This document shows positions 53,961-62,977 of a stretch of 64,000 nucleotides of DNA, piece after piece. The position numbers and the translations under genes were made by a program. The notes beneath the pieces are model-generated. The model worked only from the letters and a program-made list of their open reading frames with translations, did not search any database and was not told where the DNA came from. How positions within the stretch are numbered: position 1 is the stretch's first letter; every line of letters begins with the position of its first letter. The DNA comes from a virus (lineage: Duplodnaviria; Caudoviricetes), in the IMG/VR virus record IMGVR_UViG_3300026549_000054, positions 32,001 through 96,000 of that record; one strand, 5' to 3'.

Positions 53961-55166
53961 TTACTTAAATTCGTTCTGGATACGGACAATGCTAGTATAG
54001 AGAGCGTTCAGTGCGTTCACTTCCATACCATTTTCGTCCTTGACGCGGATTGGGCAGCTCTTACCGACCAACTTCGTCCACTTCTGCTTCTTTTCACGTG
54101 CCGTTTCCACAGCGTTCGTGTACACTTCCACCTGGATTTCCTTGGCGAGATGGGTGAGGAAGTAGTAGTAGTTAGTTGCGTACTTCTTGCCGAGTTCGGT
54201 CGGAGAATCAGGAGTTCCCATCTTGGATTCCTGTTCGTGGAGATACTGGCACACAGACTGTCCGAGCTGTACCGCCTCAATCTTGGACTTCTTGCAGAGC
54301 TTTTCTACCTTGGAGCCAAATTCCTTTTCAAAGTCCTTGGACTCCATAAGAGCCTTAGCATCCATACCGGTACCATGCTGAGCATAGTAGGTCTTGAACT
54401 TGGCCGCTATAGCCTGACCAACATAACCGGCGCAGGATTCCTGGAGAATACCGAGACCCTTGTTGCCTTCAAACAAACCCTTTTCTGTTGCCATATCAAG
54501 GAAGTTTGCGAAATGAACCCAGGTACGGCGGGATGGGAGAATACCATCAAAGCTCTTACCGGCCGTCTTGCTAGCCTGGGCGTTGGAGTATGGGTCAAGG
54601 TCACCGGAGTACTGGGAGATATAACCCGTGACAACGCGGTTCACACCTGCTTCAGTTGCCCAGTCAAGCCATTCCTGGACAGTCGGAGTGAAATTGTACA
54701 CAACGAAACGGTCCATCTTTGCCGGGTCAAATTCTTCAACGTCATAATTGCCGTCGTCACCCGGATTGATAGCACAAATGACGTGAGAGCCAGGAGCAAG
54801 CTTGAAGTTCAAAATCTTGTGGTCAAGGCCCAGCTGCATCATAGCATTCGTTACGAGAGTAGTACCACGGTTGATTTCATCCAGGAACAAAGTCACTGGG
54901 AGCGGGTTGCCGTGTTCGTCCTTCTTATACCAATATGGCGGAACGAATTCGGTTTCACCAGTTTCGGAATTGATGCGAGGAAGACCAATAAGGTCACCGA
55001 CATCGGAAATCTGGGAGGCCTGGAATTCAATACAGTCCTGGTGCCAAACATTCTTTGCAAGCCAGCGAATGACTTCGGTCTTACCGATACCGTGCGGACC
55101 CTTCAACATCACGGTGTGAGAGTTAGGAGTTGCTGCGAGAACCATCTTGAGAGTCTGAATATCCAT
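53961..55166 (-). CDS. MoxR-type AAA+ ATPase
   Basis: GPHGIGKT, LFLDEINRG, DPAKMDRF and PSRRTW motifs. Confidence 0.9.
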   Translation of the reverse strand: MDIQTLKMVLAATPNSHTVMLKGPHGIGKTEVIRWLAKNVWHQDCIEFQASQISDVGDLIGLPRINSETGETEFVPPYWYKKDEHGNPLPVTLFLDEINRGTTLVTNAMMQLGLDHKILNFKLAPGSHVICAINPGDDGNYDVEEFDPAKMDRFVVYNFTPTVQEWLDWATEAGVNRVVTGYISQYSGDLDPYSNAQASKTAGKSFDGILPSRRTWVHFANFLDMATEKGLFEGNKGLGILQESCAGYVGQAIAAKFKTYYAQHGTGMDAKALMESKDFEKEFGSKVEKLCKKSKIEAVQLGQSVCQYLHEQESKMGTPDSPTELGKKYATNYYYFLTHLAKEIQVEVYTNAVETAREKKQKWTKLVGKSCPIRVKDENGMEVNALNALYTSIVRIQNEFK

Positions 55167-55229
55167 AATTTATCTTTTTCCTTTTTGTTTTATGGTGATT
55201 GTTTCAGTTAGTTAAAAATTACAAGTTAA

Positions 55230-55286
55230 AATATAGTTTCTGTTTTCTGCCTTGTCAATGGGTAGTTTTGTAAAATGATTTTTACA
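55230..55286 (-). promoter_or_regulatory. sigma70-type promoter with TGTAAA-N6-TTTACA box
   Basis: box 10 nt upstream of -35. Confidence 0.8.
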
Positions 55287-55664
55287 TTAGAAATCTTCCA
55301 TCAACGCAGCGAGACGTTTCTTTTGGAAATGAGCCTTGTATTCCTTACACAGTTCACCCAAATGTTCACACAACATTTCATCTGTGTAGGTCCACGCCGG
55401 AACACATCCATTGAAGACGAAATCCTTATTCCCCAGGCTATCCTGCATATCTTCTACAGTTTCCAAACACGCATAAACGCATTCATCAATCATAGACAGA
55501 ATGTAGCCTGAATTGTTCAGGAAACTTTCTTCATTCACATAAGCCATGACCGGTTCGTGTTTCATCCGTTCCGGATCATTCATAATCGCCTGCGAGTTCT
55601 GGTCCACATAAAGACCCAGGAGCATTACAATCTTATTAAAGCGTTCAATACCTTCTGTTACCAT
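55287..55664 (-). CDS. DF-tail family protein (array B)
   Basis: ends RLAALMEDF*. Confidence 0.7.
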   Translation of the reverse strand: MVTEGIERFNKIVMLLGLYVDQNSQAIMNDPERMKHEPVMAYVNEESFLNNSGYILSMIDECVYACLETVEDMQDSLGNKDFVFNGCVPAWTYTDEMLCEHLGELCKEYKAHFQKKRLAALMEDF

Positions 55665-55667
55665 TTG

Positions 55668-55892
55668 TTACCCCATATAAATGTTGTTGTAAATTTCGTC
55701 CGCAATTTCTGAAATTGACTTCTTGTCCTTCCAACCATCGCGGATATAGGTATAAATGTCTGCCTGACATTCAGCCGTAAATTCGTTGTATTCGTCTTCA
55801 TCTGCAGTAAATTCTTTAATGGCACGATATACACCATAGAAGAATTTATCAGGAACGATGGAATTTTTACGATTTTTAATATGGTTGAACAT
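55668..55892 (-). CDS. early hypothetical protein
   Basis: GAGG RBS; promoter at 55925-55953. Confidence 0.65.
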   Translation of the reverse strand: MFNHIKNRKNSIVPDKFFYGVYRAIKEFTADEDEYNEFTAECQADIYTYIRDGWKDKKSISEIADEIYNNIYMG

Positions 55893-55924
55893 TTGTACCT
55901 CTATTGTTGTTCGTTTCGTATTAT

Positions 55925-55991
55925 AATATAGTAAAAGAAAAACGGCTTGTCAATGGACAAACCGCTTAAATTGTGTAAAAAGATGTTTACA
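55925..55991 (-). promoter_or_regulatory. sigma70-type promoter with TGTAAA-N6-TTTACA box
   Basis: box 20 nt upstream of -35. Confidence 0.8.
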
Positions 55992-55992
55992 A

Positions 55993-56172
55993 TTAGTATT
56001 CTTCGTCTGAGTCACTCAAGCCAATGCCACACGCTTCATCCCATCCTTCTTTTTCAACAATGTCCTGGACAGTATCTGCGTCAATATACATTAGTAACTG
56101 CTCTACAACTTCAGCTGCGTCTAAGGCACCATCTTGTGCGGCAGTTAAGAGTTTTTCCTTTATATCATCCAT
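55993..56172 (-). CDS. 59-aa acidic protein
   Basis: MDDIKEKLL...DEEY*; AGGAG RBS. Confidence 0.6.
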   Translation of the reverse strand: MDDIKEKLLTAAQDGALDAAEVVEQLLMYIDADTVQDIVEKEGWDEACGIGLSDSDEEY

Positions 56173-56188
56173 TTTTATATCTCCTTTA

Positions 56189-56398
56189 TTAAAAATCGTT
56201 TGCTATGTTTGCTTGTTTACAGAAACTTTGTTTGTACTTCTTTTTTATATCTTTGATTTCGCCATTTATCCTTTCCAGGTCCGCTATTCTTTGTTTGTAC
56301 TGATTCGTCCAATTTCGCAAATCCTGAGAATTTTGTAATGATTTACATACCTTCAAATAAGTTAATAGTTCTGTATAAGCTTTTTCTAAGTCTTCCAC
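56189..56398 (-). CDS. DF-tail family protein (array B)
   Basis: ends KQANIANDF*. Confidence 0.65.
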   Translation of the reverse strand: MEDLEKAYTELLTYLKVCKSLQNSQDLRNWTNQYKQRIADLERINGEIKDIKKKYKQSFCKQANIANDF

Positions 56399-56754
56399 TG
56401 TATATATAGGAACTGGTTCGCTACTCCATCTGCGAAAAATTGAGGTGGAATCTTTCCCTTTTCCAAAAACAAATCTACATCGTAATTACTTATACTTGTC
56501 AAATCTGCTGGCTTATAAAAGAATACCGGAGCTTTGACTGTCTTTCGTCCTGTCATAGTCCAAACATATCTTTCAAAATTCATTAAAGAACTTCCATCAT
56601 GTTTGTATGAATCACCGGAAAATTCAAAGACATCCCACTTTGGTCTTCGCTCAAAGTATTGTTTTGTTTCTGGTATTTGGGCAAATCGTATACTGTTAAA
56701 CCCTAGTGCTATTTGGTGCTTCGCACACCATTCTTTTACTTCTTTCCAAGTCAT
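56386..56754 (-). CDS. hypothetical protein
   Basis: GAGG RBS. Confidence 0.65.
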   Translation of the reverse strand: MTWKEVKEWCAKHQIALGFNSIRFAQIPETKQYFERRPKWDVFEFSGDSYKHDGSSLMNFERYVWTMTGRKTVKAPVFFYKPADLTSISNYDVDLFLEKGKIPPQFFADGVANQFLYIQWKT

Positions 56755-56813
56755 ATTAAAAACCTCTTTTAGTTTGTTTAATAATAGTAAATTTACTTAA
56801 ACCTTCCAATACC

Positions 56814-57191
56814 CTAAAAATCGCTTTGAATACGATTAAGTTTCATTTCATACTTCTTCTGCTTGATTTCTTTTTCCAATTCTAACCACTTTAAATGCAT
56901 TTGTCCGACTTTGTAAATTAAGGTATTATCATCGCATAATTCCATCTTAAAAGTGGTATTTTCCCATATAAGTTCATAACTTTCTAATTCACCATTCTTA
57001 TCCCTATGTTCTAACCAATGCCATTCGTACTTTTCACGAACATTCAATAAACACCTATTCATCCCATAACTTACTACCCACTGCGTACCTTCCCCAAATC
57101 GCAGATATCGCATACCACTTCTATCCTTGGTTTCTACCATATTGAACTTTTCTTTCAATAGGTCCATTACCTCATCCTGCGACATTATCAT
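56814..57191 (-). CDS. DF-tail family protein (array B)
   Basis: ends KLNRIQSDF*. Confidence 0.7.
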   Translation of the reverse strand: MIMSQDEVMDLLKEKFNMVETKDRSGMRYLRFGEGTQWVVSYGMNRCLLNVREKYEWHWLEHRDKNGELESYELIWENTTFKMELCDDNTLIYKVGQMHLKWLELEKEIKQKKYEMKLNRIQSDF

Positions 57192-57723
57192 ACTTCAACT
57201 CCAATTTAGTAACTTCATCGTGTATAATTCCTATTGGATAATAACTGTCCGAATGATCAGTATAACACTCAAATATAGTCTTATGCTTACATTTAACTTT
57301 CAAATGAATCTTATATATCTTCTTATCAACCCAGGAATCTTTTACTTCTTTCTCAATCCTTTGATTTTCTGTATAACTGCAATTTAAGTCAAATGCTTCT
57401 AGGTTTTTCGTCAAGCACAGTTCTTTATTCTTAATTTGATATAAACCGGCATAACTGCGATAACCATCATCCTTATCCACAAAACAAATCCAATTATAAT
57501 ATAAATCCTTATTCTTCATTGTAACAAAGTATACTTGTTCACACCATCCTTCACTTACTTCATTTGGATGATAAGAACAATCTTCTACTTCATTTCCCCT
57601 TTCATTATATACTTTAATCTGGGAATTATCAAATTCATTACCTATAGTTTGTAACTTATGTAACATAGCCAATACTTTCTTGGCTCTGTCTAAATCCGTC
57701 CTTTCTATCCCTATTAACTTCAT
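57172..57723 (-). CDS. hypothetical protein
   Basis: lies in array B but lacks the DF tail. Confidence 0.65.
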   Translation of the reverse strand: MKLIGIERTDLDRAKKVLAMLHKLQTIGNEFDNSQIKVYNERGNEVEDCSYHPNEVSEGWCEQVYFVTMKNKDLYYNWICFVDKDDGYRSYAGLYQIKNKELCLTKNLEAFDLNCSYTENQRIEKEVKDSWVDKKIYKIHLKVKCKHKTIFECYTDHSDSYYPIGIIHDEVTKLELKYDNVAG

Positions 57724-57725
57724 AT

Positions 57726-58088
57726 TTAAAAATCTTCCTTCATCTTATCTAATTTCTGCTGTTCTTTCAGCTTTTTGCTCTTTTCTATATCCTTCTTAAA
57801 ATGCTCAATAACCTGCTCCATATTCCATAAATCACACCTATATTCATTTTTCTTTTCCTTCCCACCTATCCTCGCTATATAATAAAAACTCTTCGTATCT
57901 GTATGATAATATAACCTTATAAAAGTATCGTTCATTTCCCATTCATTACTAAATAATGGCAAATCCCCATAATATACCATTTCATAGAAAAAATCATCAT
58001 CTGGATGATGCTTCAATATAGGGCACTTTTCTAGTAATTCACTGATTACTTCGTCTTTTGTGTATCGCTTTAGTATCTTCATAACCAT
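57726..58088 (-). CDS. DF-tail family protein (array B)
   Basis: ends KLDKMKEDF*. Confidence 0.7.
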   Translation of the reverse strand: MVMKILKRYTKDEVISELLEKCPILKHHPDDDFFYEMVYYGDLPLFSNEWEMNDTFIRLYYHTDTKSFYYIARIGGKEKKNEYRCDLWNMEQVIEHFKKDIEKSKKLKEQQKLDKMKEDF

Positions 58089-58089
58089 A

Positions 58090-58266
58090 ATATAATAACT
58101 TTTCCAGGCTTTTACAATATATACCGCTTTTTCAAATTTTTTTTATTTTAAGGATGAACTTCACACAAAATGGGTCAAACAAAAGTCTCGGTAGGTGTAC
58201 CACATTATGAAGCACTTTTCGGTCGCAGATTTCACAAATAAATACTATAGGGTAAAATCCAACTGG
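58090..58266. other. non-coding element at a second local GC-skew switch
   Basis: no ORF; shares GCACTTT(T)CGG, CAACTGG and TGGGTCA with 26090-26190. Confidence 0.35.
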
Positions 58267-58680
58267 TTAGAAGTCATCCTTTATCTTTTTTAGTTTAATA
58301 AATTCTTTCATTCTTTTAATTTCTTTTAAAGTAAACCCACATAAATCTTCTATATCTTTAGGGGTAGGGGATAAATTCATTTGGTAATCATCGTACCTAG
58401 CAATTAGTTTATTATCTTTATCCATACAAGCTATACCTGTATAACCATAATAAGGTAAATCGTGAATATAATCTAAATGATGTGGATAAAGTAATCTATC
58501 GTTATCATATAATATAAGAACACATTGGCCTTCGTCTTTAAAATAATACTGAGCATGAAGATAAATTGAATAATTAGAAGGATGGTCAATAATAGCTTCT
58601 TTAGGAAAGTAATGATATAGGGCTTCTTTTACTCTATAATAGTTTTTAATTTGAGTTCTTTTGGTATTAGATTTAGTCAT
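58267..58680 (-). CDS. DF-tail family protein (array B)
   Basis: ends KLKKIKDDF*. Confidence 0.7.
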   Translation of the reverse strand: MTKSNTKRTQIKNYYRVKEALYHYFPKEAIIDHPSNYSIYLHAQYYFKDEGQCVLILYDNDRLLYPHHLDYIHDLPYYGYTGIACMDKDNKLIARYDDYQMNLSPTPKDIEDLCGFTLKEIKRMKEFIKLKKIKDDF

Positions 58681-59035
58681 TGAAGTCCTCGGAAAGGTTA
58701 GATAAGCGTTTATTTTGTATAGATTCTTTGTATCGTTTAAATGCGTGTATATACTTAGTTTTGAGTTGATTTAGTTTAGTTTTTGCTTCTTCAACAGAAA
58801 AGATAACATCAGCAGAGAAGTAGCACCATTCAAACTTATTAGGTGTTTGGAAAACGTATATATCGTGAGCAACATACCAAGCAGTAGAATCGTGCCAGAT
58901 TAGATGAGAATTATAATCTTTATTGGATTGGGTTATATCCACGAAAGCATATTCTAAAATGTTCGGAGTATTGACTTTCACATATAGGCCGAGTTCTTTC
59001 ATTACAGAAGGTGGAAGTTCATTGAAAGGTAGCAT
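58673..59035 (-). CDS. DF-tail family protein (array B)
   Basis: ends RLSNLSEDFND*. Confidence 0.7.
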   Translation of the reverse strand: MLPFNELPPSVMKELGLYVKVNTPNILEYAFVDITQSNKDYNSHLIWHDSTAWYVAHDIYVFQTPNKFEWCYFSADVIFSVEEAKTKLNQLKTKYIHAFKRYKESIQNKRLSNLSEDFND

Positions 59036-59036
59036 A

Positions 59037-59360
59037 TTAGAAGTCCTTTTCTAAATTAGATAGTTTCTTTTCTACTTTATATCGTTTATAGAGAGAGATA
59101 GCTGCATTATATTCTTTTTGCATCTGAATGAAGTACTGTTCATAATCTTCAGGATAGATTCTATTCCAACCGGCATACTCTATACAGGTTTCTGTCGCAA
59201 AGATATCGGTTGCAGCAAAGACATTATAAGGAGCAATCTTACTAAATGCGAACAAATTACCCACAATAGGATAGTGGCAGGGGTTTTTGAAAATATAATA
59301 GTTCTTAACAGGGAGCTGTTCTAAATCGTATTCTCTAATATAATCTTCTAAAGTTTTCAT
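59037..59360 (-). CDS. DF-tail family protein (array B)
   Basis: ends KLSNLEKDF*. Confidence 0.7.
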   Translation of the reverse strand: MKTLEDYIREYDLEQLPVKNYYIFKNPCHYPIVGNLFAFSKIAPYNVFAATDIFATETCIEYAGWNRIYPEDYEQYFIQMQKEYNAAISLYKRYKVEKKLSNLEKDF

Positions 59361-59692
59361 TTAAAGTCCTCTTTTATTTTCTTTAGTTTGTTCTTAACTT
59401 TTGTTTCTTTTACATAGAGAACTGCGTCATCTATCTGTCTTTTAAGGTTGATAAGGTGCTGAACCATTGCGGCCTCTCTATTCATTGGTATCGCACCAAA
59501 GTAATACCACACAGATAGATTTTTAGAGACTTTAACCTTTTCTGCTATTTTCCAACCATCTTCTATTTCGCTATACCACATTAGATGTGTCTCAAGTACA
59601 GGATAATAACCTTTAAACCCATACTCATCTTGATTTGGGTCTCTCAGTTCTAAATCTAATAAATCTATCATTTCTTGAGGTAGAGGTTCCAT
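59357..59692 (-). CDS. DF-tail family protein (array B)
   Basis: ends KLKKIKEDFK*. Confidence 0.7.
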   Translation of the reverse strand: MEPLPQEMIDLLDLELRDPNQDEYGFKGYYPVLETHLMWYSEIEDGWKIAEKVKVSKNLSVWYYFGAIPMNREAAMVQHLINLKRQIDDAVLYVKETKVKNKLKKIKEDFK

Positions 59693-60060
59693 TAGAAATC
59701 CTGTTTTATTTTGAGTTCTCTTAATTTGTTTTGAATTTCTTTAATTCGTTTAAGATACTTATGGCATTCTTTTTTGAATTGAGAGAGAGAAGGCTTTTCA
59801 ATTTTACGAAAATTACCTATATCCATAGCAGTTTCATCTCTATCTTTCTCTTTAGGTCTTATCCAGCCATTACCCTCTAATTCTAGTTTGTATGGAATAA
59901 AGAGATACTCTTTATCATACTGTAAGATAGTATAACCACAACGAGGTCCAAAGATAACCTCACCATCTAAATCAAAATACCAACCGTGATGGTCTGAGAG
60001 AGCATCAGGTCGGAAAATTTCTTTAGCCGCATTAAAATAATCTTCATAAGTGTGTTTCAT
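59692..60060 (-). CDS. DF-tail family protein (array B)
   Basis: MKHTYEDY...RELKIKQDF*; start corrected. Confidence 0.65.
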   Translation of the reverse strand: MKHTYEDYFNAAKEIFRPDALSDHHGWYFDLDGEVIFGPRCGYTILQYDKEYLFIPYKLELEGNGWIRPKEKDRDETAMDIGNFRKIEKPSLSQFKKECHKYLKRIKEIQNKLRELKIKQDF

Positions 60061-60407
60061 ACAAAATCCCTTTGCATTTTCATAAGTTTTCTGTGTGCTA
60101 TTCTTTCTTTGCCTTCTTTTATTCTTTTCTTTATAGAGGTTCTCAAATGATAAAGATGATTTCTTACTTCGTTCTCTGTTTGAAAATTTATAGAGCCAGC
60201 ATAACCCCACCAATAATGAGTGTCATCATTGTTCATATAAATTTGCTTTGCCATTCCAAAACTGCCATTATCATAGAACCACAGCAAATGCCCAGACTCT
60301 GGGATAAAGTCACTAAATCCATATTCAAGTCGGTCAGTATCTGTATCATAGTCTATTTTGACTAAATTTAATTTGTCTATAAGAGATTGAGAGAGCTGTG
60401 CTTTCAT
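60057..60407 (-). CDS. DF-tail family protein (array B)
   Basis: ends KLMKMQRDFV*. Confidence 0.7.
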   Translation of the reverse strand: MKAQLSQSLIDKLNLVKIDYDTDTDRLEYGFSDFIPESGHLLWFYDNGSFGMAKQIYMNNDDTHYWWGYAGSINFQTENEVRNHLYHLRTSIKKRIKEGKERIAHRKLMKMQRDFV

Positions 60408-60823
60408 TTGAAGTCCTTTTTCATATTAGCAAGTTTCTTATTTACAAGTTTTTCTTTTTCACACTTCTTATAGAGTTGAAGGAGATTAAATTGAGCTTCT
60501 GCCCATTGAGAGAGAATTTGGAAATTGAATTTATCTGTATCTTCTACTTTATAACTAGCAGTGTTACAAGAGAAGGAGTGTTTCCCTGTCGGAAGGAAAG
60601 AATACACCATAGTATCATACTCAATAGAGAGATAGCCAGTTCTAACATTACCTGAGATATAGACTGAACTACTCTTATCACCAAAATTCAAACAAGAAAA
60701 ACAATAGAAATCGTCATTACAAGTACGCTTAAAAGAGGTACTGTAATCATAACCATATTGTGAGAGAGTATCTTTTATTTTGTTCAAAAAGTTACTGAGA
60801 TTAGTGTATTCGTTACGCTTCAT
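60404..60823 (-). CDS. DF-tail family protein (array B)
   Basis: ends KLANMKKDFK*. Confidence 0.7.
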   Translation of the reverse strand: MKRNEYTNLSNFLNKIKDTLSQYGYDYSTSFKRTCNDDFYCFSCLNFGDKSSSVYISGNVRTGYLSIEYDTMVYSFLPTGKHSFSCNTASYKVEDTDKFNFQILSQWAEAQFNLLQLYKKCEKEKLVNKKLANMKKDFK

Positions 60824-61200
60824 TCAAAATCTTCCTTCATTTTATTAAGTTTCAAGTATTCTTTCATTCGTAAAATTTCACTGGAAACTATATCACAGAT
60901 GCGATTATATTCCTTTTCTGTATTGAATTTAGCCACAGAGTAATCACGCAAATCCAGTACACGTTTCCCATCTTTAGACGGAGAAATTTTATTGTTTATT
61001 TTGTCATAATAGAGATTTTCCGCATAAAGTATGTTTTTGTTCTCTTTGACAATTAGAACATAGGGGCACAGATCATACGTGAAAATTCTACTACCGTCCA
61101 AAAATATACCTTTGGAACCTTCATTGATGTAAAGAAGTTTTTCAGGAAATCTTTTTAAAAGAACACCTTTAATCAGTTCAAACACTTGTTTTTCGGTCAT
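60820..61200 (-). CDS. DF-tail family protein (array B)
   Basis: ends KLNKMKEDFE*. Confidence 0.7.
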   Translation of the reverse strand: MTEKQVFELIKGVLLKRFPEKLLYINEGSKGIFLDGSRIFTYDLCPYVLIVKENKNILYAENLYYDKINNKISPSKDGKRVLDLRDYSVAKFNTEKEYNRICDIVSSEILRMKEYLKLNKMKEDFE

Positions 61201-61409
61201 TCAAAATCTTCCTGCATTTTTTCCAAACGCTGTTTCATTTTGTGTTTCTTCTTTTCAAGTGGAGTCATTTCCCTTTCGGCCTTGTCAATATACCATTCTC
61301 TAATTTCTTTGAAAATTAAATTGTGTGTATCACAGACATGCTGAGCATATTCTTCAGCGGTTCGCCTAGTTTGGAAAATCACATTGTCGCAACCATAAAG
61401 TTTTTCCAT
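61197..61409 (-). CDS. DF-tail family protein (array B)
   Basis: ends RLEKMQEDFE*. Confidence 0.65.
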   Translation of the reverse strand: MEKLYGCDNVIFQTRRTAEEYAQHVCDTHNLIFKEIREWYIDKAEREMTPLEKKKHKMKQRLEKMQEDFE

Positions 61410-61600
61410 TAGAAGTCCTCCTCCATTTTCTGTAAACAGTGGTCAATTTTATCTATCTTTCTGTCATATTCAGTTTGTTGTTTAGCCAATACAGCACTAC
61501 GAAGATTTGTTTTAGCAATAGTATCAGTAAGACCAGTCGCCTGAGCATATCGCTGAGCGGCTCTCTTTGATATAAATGTTCTGCGACTGATCCAACTCAT
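61409..61600 (-). CDS. DF-tail family protein (array B)
   Basis: ends CLQKMEEDF*. Confidence 0.65.
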   Translation of the reverse strand: MSWISRRTFISKRAAQRYAQATGLTDTIAKTNLRSAVLAKQQTEYDRKIDKIDHCLQKMEEDF

Positions 61601-61715
61601 TTTCTTTCCTTTATTAGAAATGATGCGAAAGTTTCAATAATCAAATTAGGCTTGAAAAATCGCATACAAATTGCGATAGCTGCGCAAGCAATTAGAATAG
61701 CCAAATCCAAAGTCA

Positions 61716-61967
61716 TTAGCCCTCCCTCTTCACAACATCTTCAAATGTTTTACACGGTTCAGGCGGAACAATCGGATCCCCACAAACAGGGCAACAACGG
61801 AACGGGAAACTAATTTCCTGATGTCCGCAATCGTCAAGAATTTCAATCGTGCACTTGCTCAAATCACTGGTGATAGAGCTGTTGTGGTTATTGTCAGCCC
61901 AATGACAGGTAATCTGAATTGGGTGCTTTGTTGAAACATTATTTAGTTTGTCGCAAAATTCGCACAT
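61716..61967 (-). CDS. small Zn-ribbon protein
   Basis: MCEFC...CCPVCG. Confidence 0.65.
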   Translation of the reverse strand: MCEFCDKLNNVSTKHPIQITCHWADNNHNSSITSDLSKCTIEILDDCGHQEISFPFRCCPVCGDPIVPPEPCKTFEDVVKREG

Positions 61968-61968
61968 A

Positions 61969-62316
61969 TTACTTACCCTTCTTTTCTGCCTTCTTAATTT
62001 CGTTGTCAATTTCGGATTCGTCTGCCCAACCCTTGAGAACACGAACCATAGAAGTTACAATGTTGTCAATCTTGCTGAAACCCTTGGATTCCGGTTCCCA
62101 ACCTTCGCAAGAAAACGATGCAGTCTTCAATCCGTCAGTATTTTCCGGGAACCATTCGCATTCGTTGAATTTGGAGCAGCGACCACTGGTTGATACACAT
62201 TCACGCCAGCCATCACGAAAATGACGCTTGCCCTTGTACTGGGTTGCGGTGAATGTAAGTTCTTCACCATTGATGGTAGCTGTGCGAGTGATAGATTTAA
62301 TTGCCTTCATAGCCAT
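61969..62316 (-). CDS. early hypothetical protein
   Basis: GAGGTACAACT-ATG RBS; promoter at 62348-62376. Confidence 0.7.
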   Translation of the reverse strand: MAMKAIKSITRTATINGEELTFTATQYKGKRHFRDGWRECVSTSGRCSKFNECEWFPENTDGLKTASFSCEGWEPESKGFSKIDNIVTSMVRVLKGWADESEIDNEIKKAEKKGK

Positions 62317-62347
62317 AGTTGTACCTCTTGTTTTAGTTTCTAAGTAT

Positions 62348-62413
62348 AAAATAGAAAAATTTTATCGGTTTGTCAATAAGAAAATCACAAAATTATGTAA
62401 AATTATGTTTACA
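62348..62413 (-). promoter_or_regulatory. sigma70-type promoter with TGTAAA-N6-TTTACA box
   Basis: TTGACA-17 nt-TATTTT; box 19 nt upstream of -35. Confidence 0.78.
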
Positions 62414-62954
62414 ATTTCGGTCCGAAAACACTTTCATTCAGATGAAGTTCTGTAAACTTTTCGTTTAATTCGTGGCATTTTTCTTTAAATTCGGGACTGT
62501 GGTCATTTTCTGTATGAAGTCCAATAACATTGTTAATAGCAGACCAATAAATAGTTCTAATTAGTTCATTATCGGCGTGCTGGATAACAAAATCCCCCAT
62601 CTTTTCTTTTATCGCATTAGCATTTGCCCATTCCACAACAGAAGGCGGATTTTTAAGGCAGTCCCAGTAATGTACCATTTCGTGAATTAAAACATTTCGG
62701 AACAAATACTCATTTTTCAGTTCCTTCATATTTAACTGAATTTGTATAGGAGTTATTGTTTCTTCTTCAAGCTGAGTAAGGTAGTTGAACTGACCCCAAA
62801 TTTGCCATAAATCGTTATTAACAACCATTTTAAGGGCTGGTAATTCGCCATTGAAATACCGCTCATTGTATTCGTCAAACTTTTTGTAAATGTATTTTAA
62901 ATCATTCCTGTGAAGGAATTGTTTAAATGTGTTTACAATTTTGAGCATTCCCAT
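62409..62954 (-). CDS. SprT-like zinc metalloprotease
   Basis: YN.RYFNGELP, LIHEMVH and H..EF motifs. Confidence 0.75.
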   Translation of the reverse strand: MGMLKIVNTFKQFLHRNDLKYIYKKFDEYNERYFNGELPALKMVVNNDLWQIWGQFNYLTQLEEETITPIQIQLNMKELKNEYLFRNVLIHEMVHYWDCLKNPPSVVEWANANAIKEKMGDFVIQHADNELIRTIYWSAINNVIGLHTENDHSPEFKEKCHELNEKFTELHLNESVFGPKL

Positions 62955-62977
62955 AGTTGTTACCTCTTTTTTCTTTT

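Noticed and set aside
52392-55211. Long plus-strand ORFs (398 and 437 aa), also 44591-45583, 46183-46764 and 31910-32482
   Set aside because: They are antisense shadows of strongly codon-biased minus-strand genes that carry clear motifs or RBSs; their own translations show no protein motifs.
22560-61600. DF tail as a pure Shine-Dalgarno by-product (GAGGAC/AAGGAT before TAATG)
   Set aside because: It may contribute, but the tail also occurs with S/Q/A/N-D-F codons lacking an SD, where no gene follows, and with conserved residues further upstream.
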